Positions 55,934 through 63,229 of a stretch of DNA of 64,000 nt are shown here, piece by piece. Every line of letters starts with the position of its first letter. Position 1 is the first letter of the stretch. The notes beneath the pieces were generated by a model, which worked only from the letters and a program-made list of their open reading frames with translations, was not told where the DNA came from and searched no databases. The translations under genes and the position numbers were made by a program. Where the stretch lies: positions 45,718,409 to 45,782,408 of the forward strand of contig NC_068986.1 of NCBI RefSeq assembly GCF_001194135.2. The letters run 5' to 3'. Source of the stretch: Octopus bimaculoides. Its lineage: Eukaryota.

Positions 55934-58900
55934 GTATATATATTTTACCTTTTACTTGTGTCAGTCATTAGATTGCAACCATGCTGAAACACAGCCCTGA
56001 AGAAATTTAGTAGAAAGAATTGACTTCAATACTTACTTTCCTAAGCTTAGTACTTATTCTATCAGACACTTTTGCTGAACTGCTAAGTTACGGGGACATA
56101 AATACACCAATATCGGTTGTCAAGTGTTGGTGGTAGGGGACAAACACCCACACACATGTATATATAAATAAATATGTATATACGACGGGATTCTTCCAGT
56201 TTCCATATAGAAAATCCACTCAAAAGGCTTTGGTCGGCGAAGAAAGCTTCTTACCAGATAGCAATACCTATATACGAGAGGATGCTGAAAGGTTCCTGGC
56301 TTTAAGAGTATTGCGAAAGGCCTGTTTGGAAACCCAACTTTCTGAGTTCTTCTACAGGACTTGAAAGAACTGAAGGCCCGCTGTAGTTAGTGTGCTTATC
56401 TGAGAGAGAACTACATTGAATAAAATCATAGTTTACTGATCCTCTTGCATTTTCTTTTCACCCAAAGCCAGGAACTTTTCAGCACATCCTCGTACATATA
56501 ATTTTCAAAAATTCTCCTGAGTCACGGCTGAAGGAAATATCTCCGTCGAAAATTTATTATAAAAGCCCATCAACTGTTCTACTTTACCTGTGTAAAATGT
56601 GGGCATGGGGGTATGATATCTATGTATATTTCCTATTTAGTATTGGGGAAGTTTCATTTATAAGGACGTACTCCCGTATTTGTCTTAGGGTTGGGTCTTT
56701 TGGGTGCTTGGATAAGATGCGGATGTCAAGTTGACCCAAGTTGCCTCCATGCTGGTCTTTGGCATGTTGGTAGAGTATGGAGGACTGTTTTTTGCTGTTG
56801 TTTTGCGAGAAGCCTCTGATACTTATCAGTAGAGTTAGTGTGACGGTCGACTTCACTACAATAGTGAACATCCGGGATCTATTATTTGTGGCAGTCTTGT
56901 GTGTGGGTGTGCGTGGCTTAGTTTTGTTTGTAACCAGGCCAACTGCTACATTATTTTGTATACCACACTTAGACATTTTGCTGCTCACGCTCCATCTACA
57001 AACAGTTTTTTGATGGTTTTTCTGTACTGTATGTGTGCATTAGGATGTGGATTCCTCTGGGGATGGTTTCATTCTATCTAGAGTAGAGAGTGATTTTGCC
57101 ATAAGATACGTTTGGCTTGAGTTTTGGCTGCTTAAAGCGGTAGTTATTCACTATGCCAGCAGACACCTTTTATGTAGAATTTACAGTTGATACGTGCTTC
57201 ATGTACCGTTTTCTTGTTTATTTTACATTTCCTTTTTGTTTTAAGTTTAAATTCGGTTTCATCACTCTTTCTTTTCCTTCGCTACTTTGGGAGGTGGCGC
57301 TGGGGCTGCTTCTCTTGGGAGCTTTTGTTTTCTTTTCTTTCTGCTTTTACATCTCTTTAAATATGAATATTCTCGTTCATGGTTGCACTATTGTTGTCGC
57401 CCTCCTTATTGAGCTTTCCACATGTGGCTGCCACACTGGTATTTTTCTCTGTATCAGGCGTTTCACTTGGAGGCTCACCACTTTTAAAAATGGTATCTAG
57501 TTTGTTCAAGTGTGACCTAATAAGTGCATATGAGCGGATGAATTCACCACACTATTTGCGTCAAGGATCTGATAAACCCATTGCTTTTCAGTACTGCTGC
57601 AATAAGCTAGTTGGGTGAATCATTTTCGGCTATGGTCCAAGTTCTAAGGAACAAATCTTCTTCAGTAGTCGTCCAGTTTCTCGATGTCTTTGCTGCGCTA
57701 TTTATCTTCTTCCTTGTGGTGGTTGTGTCACTGCATGTATGATTTGTTCGTAGTTGCAGAGTGAGAGAGAGGGGGAGGAAGAGAGAGAGCGAAGAAATGA
57801 TGAGGATATGAGTGGAGAGTGAGCAGGGAGTAACTTGAAACAGAGGCGGAAGCAAGTAAAAGGGGAGAGAAGAGGGTCAAAAAGGAGATGAAATGGATAT
57901 GTCAGGACAAAGAGAGTAAGTGGATGAAAGACAGAGCAGGCTGAGACAGAGAGAAGATCAAGTGGCGGGGGAGAAGGGACCGAGAGAAGAGAGGATGAAA
58001 ATAGTGAGAGGAGAGCAACAAGAGGGGGAGAGAAAGAGAGAGGAGATTAAATGGGGGAGAGTTAAGACTCAGTAAGTATATGAAGGGTTATAAAGGGGTA
58101 AAGTGCGACTAAGGTTGGGAGGAGAGTGCATAAAGAAAAGAAAGTGAATAAATTGAGAGAGAAATGAAGAGAGCGTTACTCGAAATATAGAGCAATCCTA
58201 GTTGAGTAAAGATGGAAGGACACATATATACATATATGTGTATAGAGACAGGGAGAACAATTAAATGTTCATTGCTTTATATATTAATTGATAGTTGATC
58301 TCAGCATGATCAAGTCTCAGTTTTAGAGTCAGTACTTTCCCGCTAATTCGAGTTTGGAAGTTATGCAATAGCTTCTAATTTGGAGCAAGATATGATATCC
58401 CATCTCACTTCATAGTTGAGAATCGAATACTAGATATTTGAATTATATGAATTATATACTCACTGCATTTCAGGCGATTAAGTTCCTGATTTCCACGACT
58501 TTTTATCTGTCCATTGAGTATTTCAGTACAGAAGTGAATATTCTGAGCACGTCTGTAAAAGATTATTAATAACAATTAATATCAGATACCATTATTTCAT
58601 TATAACAGGCACACAGAAACAGCAACCGAATATCCCACAAACCACACCCCACATTCTTAAAAAAATTAGACTTTCAATAATTTATATTATGTCTGGAATA
58701 CAAACATTTGGAACACTTTTTATCATAGATCTGCTTAACCAATGTTGACATATGACTAAACAACAACGAATTCCACCTTTCAATTTGGTCTCGTGTCAGT
58801 GGTTCATAACTGTTTGCGTATTGTCTGGATGAAATCAGTGTATCTCAATGGTAACTAATTTTTTTATTTCTCGTCATTGAAAGAATCTCATAGACTCATT

Positions 58901-61037
58901 TCTCAAACTTCACAGTCCTCTTCTAAGATTCTTCAGTATCAATTTTTCTTCGTTGAAATGCATCTAGGAAATGTAGTGAGTGAATGTTTACCTACGAGTT
59001 TGTTTATTCTAACAGTTTGCTCATCACATGGTCCTGAGGGTCTTTATATTGCAGTATCCCATTTACGGATAAAAACCATAATCAATAGATACCGTTGTCA
59101 AACCTGAGATGTATTCACGTATTCATATAGTTATTGAATATTTTAAAAAGCTAGCTAATGCTGTGGTGGTTCGCTGCAAACTTATTCTGAAGGAACAAAC
59201 TATTTCTATTTGTTCCTCAATTTTGTGAGGCTTCGTAGTACGTTCGTAGCACTAGTGGTAACAACCGACTCTGACATCTAAATTCACAGTAGGACAAGCT
59301 TATAAATAGCAACTATTATCTTTATTGAAAAATGAAGAGGACTGTATAATTTCTTTTCTTCTTCCTTGTTTCTCAGGGCAGGTGTATATATACTGATAAA
59401 AAGGCAAAAATACAAGGGAATTTAAAAACCATTCGCTTACACTTAAAAACTAGATTAATTCCATGGATCTGATTTTCTCTCCCGATCTTCCTTGAAAAAC
59501 GTGTGGCCATCGCCTAGTTCACAAGGTTTAATCATCTATACTAATCTTGCCCTACCAGTTTTATAGTTACGAGGTCTGATTTCTTGAAAAGACTTGTTCT
59601 GTTGCCTCTGTCAAATGAAGTATGCATGTTCTATGCATAACAAATGAGTGCTTCCTTTGTTTTTCCTTCCGTTTAATCTTGTCCACAAAAACTAGGCTAA
59701 CTACTTGCCTTGATCAGCTGGCTATTTGTTATTTTTGTGATTTCTGCTGCTGTAGTTTGTTGTTTGGCCTCAGGCCTAGCCTCATCAATACTTTTTAGAT
59801 AATAATTCGAATTGGTTGCTAGTCAAGCAGTTAAGTGACCACGTAATGGCTTCTCCATTGACTCGTTAGTTTGAAGAACAGCTAACGTTTCGAACGTTTT
59901 TGACAGTCCTTTGTGCTACTAATGAGCATTAACAATTCTAAAGAAACTTTCACATTAGTCACCAGAATACACCTAACTTCGTTTCTGCTATGGGGTACAG
60001 CGAAGAGAGACTGCACAACCACACGCAGCGGTATGCAGGTCCAAAACTATGACTTCCAGTTTTGATATCACCTGTCGTCATGCTCTTTTTCTATCATAAT
60101 GGATCTTTATCGGGGTGGCGGGAGAGGAGTACTCAGAATTTTGTCCGTTAAGAATAACACTCGATAACTCCTACTCTCGTGGTCATAAAGGCTAGACTCA
60201 ACAATATTTTTGAACTCGTTATTTCTTTTACCTCAATAGAAGTTGATGTCCATTTTGTTACTTTCATCAAACCAGCATGACGAAATAGTTTTGGCATTCA
60301 GATATGAGCAGTTTCTTATTTTCAGTTGTTTTACATCTGTTGGATTGCCTCTTTTGGACAGCCTATTGAAATGGTTTAGTAGATTGTGTTAACTGATGCA
60401 CGCTATGTTTTCTCGGTAGCATAGATGAGAGATGGTGGAGACCAAATGTGTATGACTTCCTGTCAAATACGTATTCTCAACCCATCAGAGATTCTATACC
60501 TTCTAGAGTCCACATGATTATCAGTAAATAGCATATATATCTTCAGTGTAAGTTGTAAAATATCAAAATATAAGGGAAAATATCCGGAGTGTGGTGCTTA
60601 AGATAACTTGATAGATCGTTTGTTTTTCTTCGGGTTGTTACCTCAACTAATAGTATTAAATGTTGCATCCTGACATTAATTCAGTCAACCCAAAGTTTCT
60701 TGAATTGGGATCTCAGTATCAAGTTGACCACGATTTCTATACATCGCGCTTGGATTCATTCATTGTTTAGTCACAAAACAAGTATACACCAATCTATGTG
60801 GGTGCGCATGTGTGTTTATTTTGTGTTTCTGCACGGTTTTTTGTACTTTATTTTTTAGCTTCCTGCGTATTTTTGTATGATTCTGTATTTTCTGTGTTTT
60901 CATTAGATTTTGTTTTTATTTTTCATTGTTTATGTTTATATTTGCTTATACTTACTGGCAATCTGTCTTGGCATAATCGTCTAGACTGTTTCGGCAGTCT
61001 CTGAAGTTTTCTTGATTCAAAAGTATGTTAACGCCAC
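6804..61037 (-). CDS. Spliced gene, 5'-incomplete: secreted/cell-surface protein with six tandem 6-Cys modules and a C-terminal GPI/TM-like hydrophobic tail; join of 13 exons, 1100 nt, ~366 aa
   Basis: 13 minus-strand exons with GT/AG ends. Phases alternate 1-2/2-1 and join with no stop codon. C3-x8 spacing is kept across every A/B junction. 32 Cys (even number); 5 N-x-S/T sequons (NSS, NGT, NNT, NMS, NST). Confidence 0.88.
7810..7892 (-). CDS. Exon B6 (phase 2-1): [27 protein letters not shown]
   Basis: Acceptor ttttcttttctcgctcttcctag, donor tg|gtaagt; 83 nt; inside ORF-track entry 7802..8014. Confidence 0.9.
8830..9770 (-). mobile_element. L1/Tx1-like ORF1 remnant with a degenerate zinc knuckle
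   Basis: [26 protein letters not shown] resembles VVVEGRxxxCxxCxxxxHxxxxCP; [13 protein letters not shown]. Confidence 0.45.
9980..11198 (-). mobile_element. Five head-to-tail SINE-B copies (9980-10146, 10157-10367, 10470-10676, 10755-10951, 10982-11198) separated by (AAT)n
   Basis: Minus-strand tRNA-like head (tggcagaatcgttagc ... gagttcaaatt) and central gcctttcatcctttcggggtcgataaa..agtaccag motif in each copy. Confidence 0.9.
11317..11838. mobile_element. Unclassified ~540-bp interspersed repeat (family D), copy 1, flanked by (AAT)n
   Basis: Aligns along its length with 13304-13850. Confidence 0.8.
11855..12069 (-). mobile_element. SINE family B
   Basis: Same head and core as the cluster copies. 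Confidence 0.88.
12080..12505 (+). mobile_element. R4/Dong-clade non-LTR retrotransposon 3' end (restriction-like endonuclease plus 3'UTR), (AAT)n tail
   Basis: [50 protein letters not shown], i.e. PD..D RLE motif; ends aaaactactg(aat)n. Confidence 0.8.
12572..12905. other. Assembly gap; other gaps at 17748-17873, 21242-21251, 35235-35244, 45112-45696, 48481-48490, 61147-61693
   Basis: N runs, mostly flanked by microsatellites. Confidence 1.
12906..13177 (+). mobile_element. Second R4/Dong 3'-end copy, 5' side cut by assembly gap
   Basis: Closely similar to 12238-12505; [39 protein letters not shown]. Confidence 0.8.
13304..13850. mobile_element. Family D repeat, copy 2, flanked by (AAT)n
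   Basis: aatgccctgatgcagtacc ... gcatgcactgctttctcactc(aat)n. Confidence 0.8.
14123..14747. mobile_element. MITE with GGATC termini, 8-bp TSD (TCTAAAGA), nested inner inverted repeat and (TAACCC)n/(GGGTTA)n core; Merlin-like by termini (inference)
   Basis: TIR ggatcttttttaaaacgggg(g)ccacatttttcattaa at both ends; TSD at 14115-14122 and 14748-14755. Confidence 0.85.
15398..15694. mobile_element. hAT-type MITE, 297 bp
   Basis: TIR caggggttttcaaa / tttgaaaacccctg; perfect 8-bp TSD gtctatat at 15390-15397 and 15695-15702. Confidence 0.92.
15856..15940 (-). CDS. Exon A6 (phase 1-2): [27 protein letters not shown]
   Basis: Acceptor tttctttattttttgcttttgcag, donor gg|gtaaat; 85 nt. Confidence 0.9.
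16381..16900 (+). mobile_element. Penelope-like element: GIY-YIG C-terminus and 3' region
   Basis: [50 protein letters not shown]. Confidence 0.65.
17458..17747 (-). mobile_element. SINE family A, cut by gap
   Basis: Reverse complement of the family A body, including CORE-like ttgggcaagtgtcttctactatagcc. Confidence 0.88.
18413..18804 (+). mobile_element. SINE family C (tRNA head), full length
   Basis: A/B-box-like tggcccagtggttag / gtttcgattccc; 12-bp TSD tgtagagtaact at 18401-18412 and 18805-18816. Confidence 0.93.
19010..19350. mobile_element. Two SINE-B copies back to back (about 19010-19140 minus, 19170-19350 plus)
   Basis: gaaaggatgtaaagc..gaatttgaactcag followed by gactttacttgtcatcctttcggagtcaataaa. 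Confidence 0.75.
19537..19625 (-). CDS. Exon B5 (phase 2-1): [29 protein letters not shown]
   Basis: Acceptor ttgttttattactttacag, donor tg|gtaagt; 89 nt. Confidence 0.88.
20248..20555 (+). mobile_element. tRNA-head SINE related to family C but with a different 3' tail
   Basis: tggcctaatggttagagcagcggactcg..gttcgaatctc head; tail ..ggctcgagaaggaacaaacaacaac. Confidence 0.8.
20980..21600. repeat. Two diverged direct copies (20980-21241, 21369-21600) with a 10-N gap between them
   Basis: taat.cccact.ctggaatgacctgatcttc ... ataaacag repeated. Confidence 0.85.
22365..22505 (-). mobile_element. SINE family A, 5' part
   Basis: gggcttctttcagtttccg..aagacacttgctcaagg. Confidence 0.8.
22850..23300 (+). 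mobile_element. Two tandem SINE-B copies ending in (ATT)n
   Basis: gcggcgagctggcagaatc..gagttcaaattccgccgagg..ctttcatcctttcggggttgattaaataagcaccag..agtagaaaggattatt, twice. Confidence 0.88.
23801..24188 (+). mobile_element. SINE family C, full length
   Basis: Closely similar to 18413-18804; 9-bp TSD cacttcaac. Confidence 0.93.
24625..25065 (+). mobile_element. SINE family A, diverged
   Basis: ttggtaaatgccttctactttagcc..gtaacttagtggtttggcaaaagag..caatgactaaaacaag. Confidence 0.78.
25450..26080 (-). mobile_element. Degenerate RTE-like RT remnant
   Basis: [15 protein letters not shown] resembles ESKGLRVNxxKTKVL; heavily decayed. Confidence 0.4.
26335..26416 (-). CDS. Exon A5 (phase 1-2): [26 protein letters not shown]
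   Basis: Acceptor ttctacattctttttgtcag, weaker donor aa|gtgtgt; 82 nt. Confidence 0.83.
27816..29214 (-). mobile_element. Mariner element, defective, carrying a 217-bp foreign insert
   Basis: TIRs ttaggttgtctggaaagttccgagcattt / aaatgctcagaactttcagacaatttaa; TA on the left; [28 protein letters not shown]. Confidence 0.9.
28236..28452 (+). repeat. Exact 217-bp copy of 27040-27256
   Basis: Base-by-base identity from ttttatgattagtg to gagacat. Confidence 0.95.
30239..30327 (-). CDS. Exon B4 (phase 2-1): [29 protein letters not shown]
   Basis: Acceptor atattttttag, donor tg|gtaagc; 89 nt; Arg at C4 position. Confidence 0.85.
31760..32270 (-). mobile_element. CR1/L2-group LINE 3' remnant
   Basis: [33 protein letters not shown], the post-RT region typical of CR1-group elements. 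Confidence 0.7.
32736..32802 (-). CDS. Exon A4 (phase 1-2): [21 protein letters not shown]
   Basis: Acceptor ccattccaatcacag, donor ga|gtaagt; 67 nt; has C1 and C3, lacks C2. Confidence 0.83.
33285..33488 (+). mobile_element. Short interspersed repeat ending ctggggctaaacaacagcaa; related tail at 29-51
   Basis: Shared tail motif ctggggctaaa. Confidence 0.45.
34967..35512. mobile_element. Second copy of the GGATC/telomere-core MITE, opposite orientation, 8-bp TSD GAAAACTG
   Basis: TSD at 34959-34966 and 35513-35520; arms are reverse complements of copy 1; core lost in a 10-N gap. Confidence 0.88.
35868..37069 (-). mobile_element. Tc1/mariner element of maT/DD37D type, defective
   Basis: cagggtg...caccctg ends flanked by TA; [40 protein letters not shown]. 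Confidence 0.75.
37170..37378 (-). mobile_element. SINE family B
   Basis: ttttggcataaggccagcaattttg..gaatttgaacccagaacgtag. Confidence 0.85.
37629..37735 (-). CDS. Exon B3 (phase 2-1): [35 protein letters not shown]
   Basis: Acceptor cttttactctccatcag, donor cg|gtgagt; 107 nt. Confidence 0.88.
37838..38004. repeat. Long near-perfect inverted repeat (~70-bp arms, 14-nt loop)
   Basis: aacaacgcgaggacgtgatacagatattgtgttactggacgctc / gagcgtccagtaacacaatatccgtatcacgtcctcgcgttgtt. Confidence 0.92.
38607..40149 (+). mobile_element. Non-autonomous Helitron with N-terminal repeat ORF fragment (39746 onward) and nested SINE
   Basis: 5' a|TC in (TA)n; 3' hairpin ccgtcc-aat-ggacgg (40120-40134) then CTAG|t; [15 protein letters not shown] repeats as in Helitron ORF N-termini. 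Confidence 0.78.
39094..39476 (+). mobile_element. SINE family C inserted in the Helitron
   Basis: Closely similar to 18413-18804. Confidence 0.93.
41530..42100 (+). repeat. Degenerate GT-rich low-complexity tract
   Basis: Cryptic (TG)n variants. Confidence 0.85.
42437..42500. repeat. (CTA)n microsatellite
   Basis: Direct inspection. Confidence 0.95.
43572..43647 (-). CDS. Exon A3 (phase 1-2): [24 protein letters not shown]
   Basis: Acceptor cttaatttttttaag, donor ct|gtaagt; 76 nt. Confidence 0.87.
44252..44343 (-). CDS. Exon B2 (phase 2-1): [30 protein letters not shown]
   Basis: Acceptor atctttacttttttag, donor a|gtaagt; 92 nt; lies inside ORF-track entry 44100..44330. Confidence 0.9.
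45768..46107 (+). mobile_element. SINE family C, diverged
   Basis: ggggcataatggcccagtggttagggcgg..ggaaccctcatcgttgtaaccaacggagtacc. Confidence 0.88.
46831..47900. mobile_element. AT-rich foldback element (arms about 46831-47041 / 47235-47445) with its middle and right arm duplicated in tandem (47495-47897)
   Basis: aaaagttttgaattaagtttttaaagcatc is the reverse complement of gatgctttaaaaacttaattcaaaactttt, which occurs twice. Confidence 0.85.
47905..48285 (-). mobile_element. SINE family A, near full length
   Basis: (ctctttta)n tail, ggagcaccgcctttagtcgagc..gacacttgcccaagatgccacg..gaaccatgtggttgg. Confidence 0.92.
49888..50097 (-). mobile_element. SINE family B
   Basis: atcgaccccgaaaggatgaaaggcaaagtcg..gctaacgtttctgccaattcgccgctt. 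Confidence 0.9.
51160..51756 (+). mobile_element. Penelope-like element GIY-YIG endonuclease remnant
   Basis: [68 protein letters not shown]. Confidence 0.85.
51757..52680 (+). mobile_element. 5'-truncated RLE-type LINE (HERO-like), post-RT region and endonuclease
   Basis: [30 protein letters not shown]; [49 protein letters not shown]. Confidence 0.8.
53138..53268. repeat. (GA)n microsatellite
   Basis: Direct inspection. Confidence 0.95.
53663..54882 (+). mobile_element. Full-length mariner element with frameshifted transposase (ATG 53845)
   Basis: TIRs ttgggtcattccataaataa / ttatttatgggatgacccaa with TA both sides; [34 protein letters not shown]. Confidence 0.93.
55346..55415 (-). CDS. 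Exon A2 (phase 1-2): [22 protein letters not shown]
   Basis: Acceptor ttttattttttgttatctttatag, donor ag|gtaaga; 70 nt. Confidence 0.88.
55560..55880 (+). mobile_element. Mariner 3' fragment
   Basis: [22 protein letters not shown]; ends ccctcg|ta. Confidence 0.8.
55945..56260 (-). mobile_element. SINE family A
   Basis: ttacttgtgtcagtcatt..gctaagttacggggac..cactcaaaaggctttggtcggc. Confidence 0.85.
56275..56492. mobile_element. Mariner-derived MITE, 218 bp
   Basis: TIRs cgagaggatgctgaaaggttcctggcttt / aaagccaggaacttttcagcacatcctcg; TA flanks. Confidence 0.9.
56600..57700 (-). mobile_element. Penelope-like element remnant (GIY-YIG C-terminus and upstream ORF)
   Basis: [46 protein letters not shown]. 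Confidence 0.7.
58464..58552 (-). CDS. Exon B1 (phase 2-1): [29 protein letters not shown]
   Basis: Acceptor aatcttttacag, donor a|gtgagt; 89 nt; has C4 and C6, Gly at C5 position. Confidence 0.85.
59480..60560 (-). mobile_element. Degenerate RTE/BovB-like RT remnant
   Basis: MLFTDN (LFADD-like), [13 protein letters not shown] remnants in the expected order. Confidence 0.5.
60956..61037 (-). CDS. Exon A1 (phase 1-2): [27 protein letters not shown]
   Basis: Acceptor ttgttgttagttgtag, donor ca|gtaagt; 82 nt; has C2 and C3, lacks C1. Confidence 0.82.
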
Positions 61038-61976
61038 CTACAACTAACAACAATATGTAACCAATGAATATACTGAATATAAAAACTTGTGACATTTATG
61101 CATGTATCCATATACACACGCATATATATATATATATATATATATANNNNNNNNNNNNNNNNNNNNNNNNNNNNNNNNNNNNNNNNNNNNNNNNNNNNNN
61201 NNNNNNNNNNNNNNNNNNNNNNNNNNNNNNNNNNNNNNNNNNNNNNNNNNNNNNNNNNNNNNNNNNNNNNNNNNNNNNNNNNNNNNNNNNNNNNNNNNNN
61301 NNNNNNNNNNNNNNNNNNNNNNNNNNNNNNNNNNNNNNNNNNNNNNNNNNNNNNNNNNNNNNNNNNNNNNNNNNNNNNNNNNNNNNNNNNNNNNNNNNNN
61401 NNNNNNNNNNNNNNNNNNNNNNNNNNNNNNNNNNNNNNNNNNNNNNNNNNNNNNNNNNNNNNNNNNNNNNNNNNNNNNNNNNNNNNNNNNNNNNNNNNNN
61501 NNNNNNNNNNNNNNNNNNNNNNNNNNNNNNNNNNNNNNNNNNNNNNNNNNNNNNNNNNNNNNNNNNNNNNNNNNNNNNNNNNNNNNNNNNNNNNNNNNNN
61601 NNNNNNNNNNNNNNNNNNNNNNNNNNNNNNNNNNNNNNNNNNNNNNNNNNNNNNNNNNNNNNNNNNNNNNNNNNNNNNNNNNNNNNNNNNNNNACACACA
61701 CACACACACACACACACACATATGGGCGGGGATAAATAAACATTTGTACATAAAAGTTTTTAATGAATATTTTACATAATTTAATCATTATATTTTTAAA
61801 GGAATTTCAGCCTCATCGATTCTTCAGTGCTTTAATTTTAAATGTTAATATTACAAAAACCTCACAGTTCACTGAGGGTTAAATAAGAATGTAAGTACAT
61901 TCTTTTTATGATATTGATATACATCTATGAAACTTTGAAATGATTATGCTTTGTTGTACATGGAGTAGATAATATA

Positions 61977-63229
61977 CGAGGAGTGTTCATTAAAGATTTT
62001 TCCCTGACCCACTTCCCAATGACTTGGATAAATGAAACTTGGTATAATCATTAGTCCTGCACTACATAGCCACCAATAATGGTAACACACTTCTCCCATC
62101 ACTATGCAGCTGTGAAAACCTCGCCTGTAAAAGTCAATAGGTTGTATCTGGAGCTAAGATTTTACCTCGGAAATAAGTTCATCATCATCCGGAAAGTGCC
62201 TTCCGCTCAGTGGTTGGAAAGCGGTGGAAGTCAGATAGTGCGAAATCGGGAGAATAAGGAGGATGAGGAAGGATTTCATAGTGGCAGAAGTGTCCTTTCA
62301 TCTGGGCAGTATGTGCATTGCGAATTGGGGCGTTGTCTTGGAGGAGGCACACTCCTTTGCTCAGCATGCCGTGCCTCTCTGCTTTCATGGCGTCCTACAA
62401 TTTCTGCAGCAGAGAAGCATAATATTGTGGTGCCCTTTGCCAGAAAATCCATCATCACTACTCTACGCTGGTCCCAAAAGACTGAGCATCAACTTGCCTG
62501 CTGATAGTTGGACACGAGCTTTCTTTGGAGGTGATGAGTTATCATGCTTCCATTACTTCGCATGGACTTTAGTCTCAGGATCATGTTTCACCCTGTGTGA
62601 TAAGTCTGCCGCAAAAGTCCTCCTCGTTTTCTTGGCACATTGCCAAAAGAGCCTGGAAGCAATTGACTCGTTCCTGGTTCTGGAAAACTGTGAGCATCCG
62701 GGGAATCCATCGTGAAGTCAATTTCCGCATGTACAAATGGTCATGAATGATTTTTCCACGGATCCTACACTTATCTTTACTTCTTGGGCTAGTTGCCGAA
62801 TAGTTATGTAGCGGTCCTCCAAAATGGCAGCTTCCACTTTATGGATGGTGTCGTCATCAATGGCGGAATGTGTCGTCCAGGAATAGGAACAGTTTCCACC
62901 AATGTCCGACCACGTTTGAACTGGTGATGCTAGTGCTAGACTACGTCGTATGATGGTGCATCGTCACCATAAACTTCTTTCATCTCATCGAAAGTCTCTT
63001 TTGGTGTACGACCTTTCAAGTATAAGAACATAATCACTGATCTGCATACAACTGCCCCCATTATAACACCTTAGTCCACTTCAGTAGCCATAACAGACAA
63101 ACGAATACTAGTGGAAAGCTGCAATTTAAAAATGTGACATGTAGAGACATGTATAATTATATCTGTACAAGTTCCATTTCCTGCAATAGCTGGAAGTGGA
63201 TCAGGGGAAATCTTTAATGAACACCCCCG
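61977..63229 (-). mobile_element. Full-length mariner element, defective transposase
   Basis: TIRs cgaggagtgttcattaaagattt / aaatctttaatgaacacccccg with TA both sides; LLQDNAP, HPPYSPDFALSDFH, VYGDDAPSY. Confidence 0.93.

Noticed and set aside
12500-61788. ORFs containing X runs or HT/CV/YI/II repeats
   Set aside because: Artefacts of N gaps and (CA)n, (TA)n, (AAT)n microsatellites.
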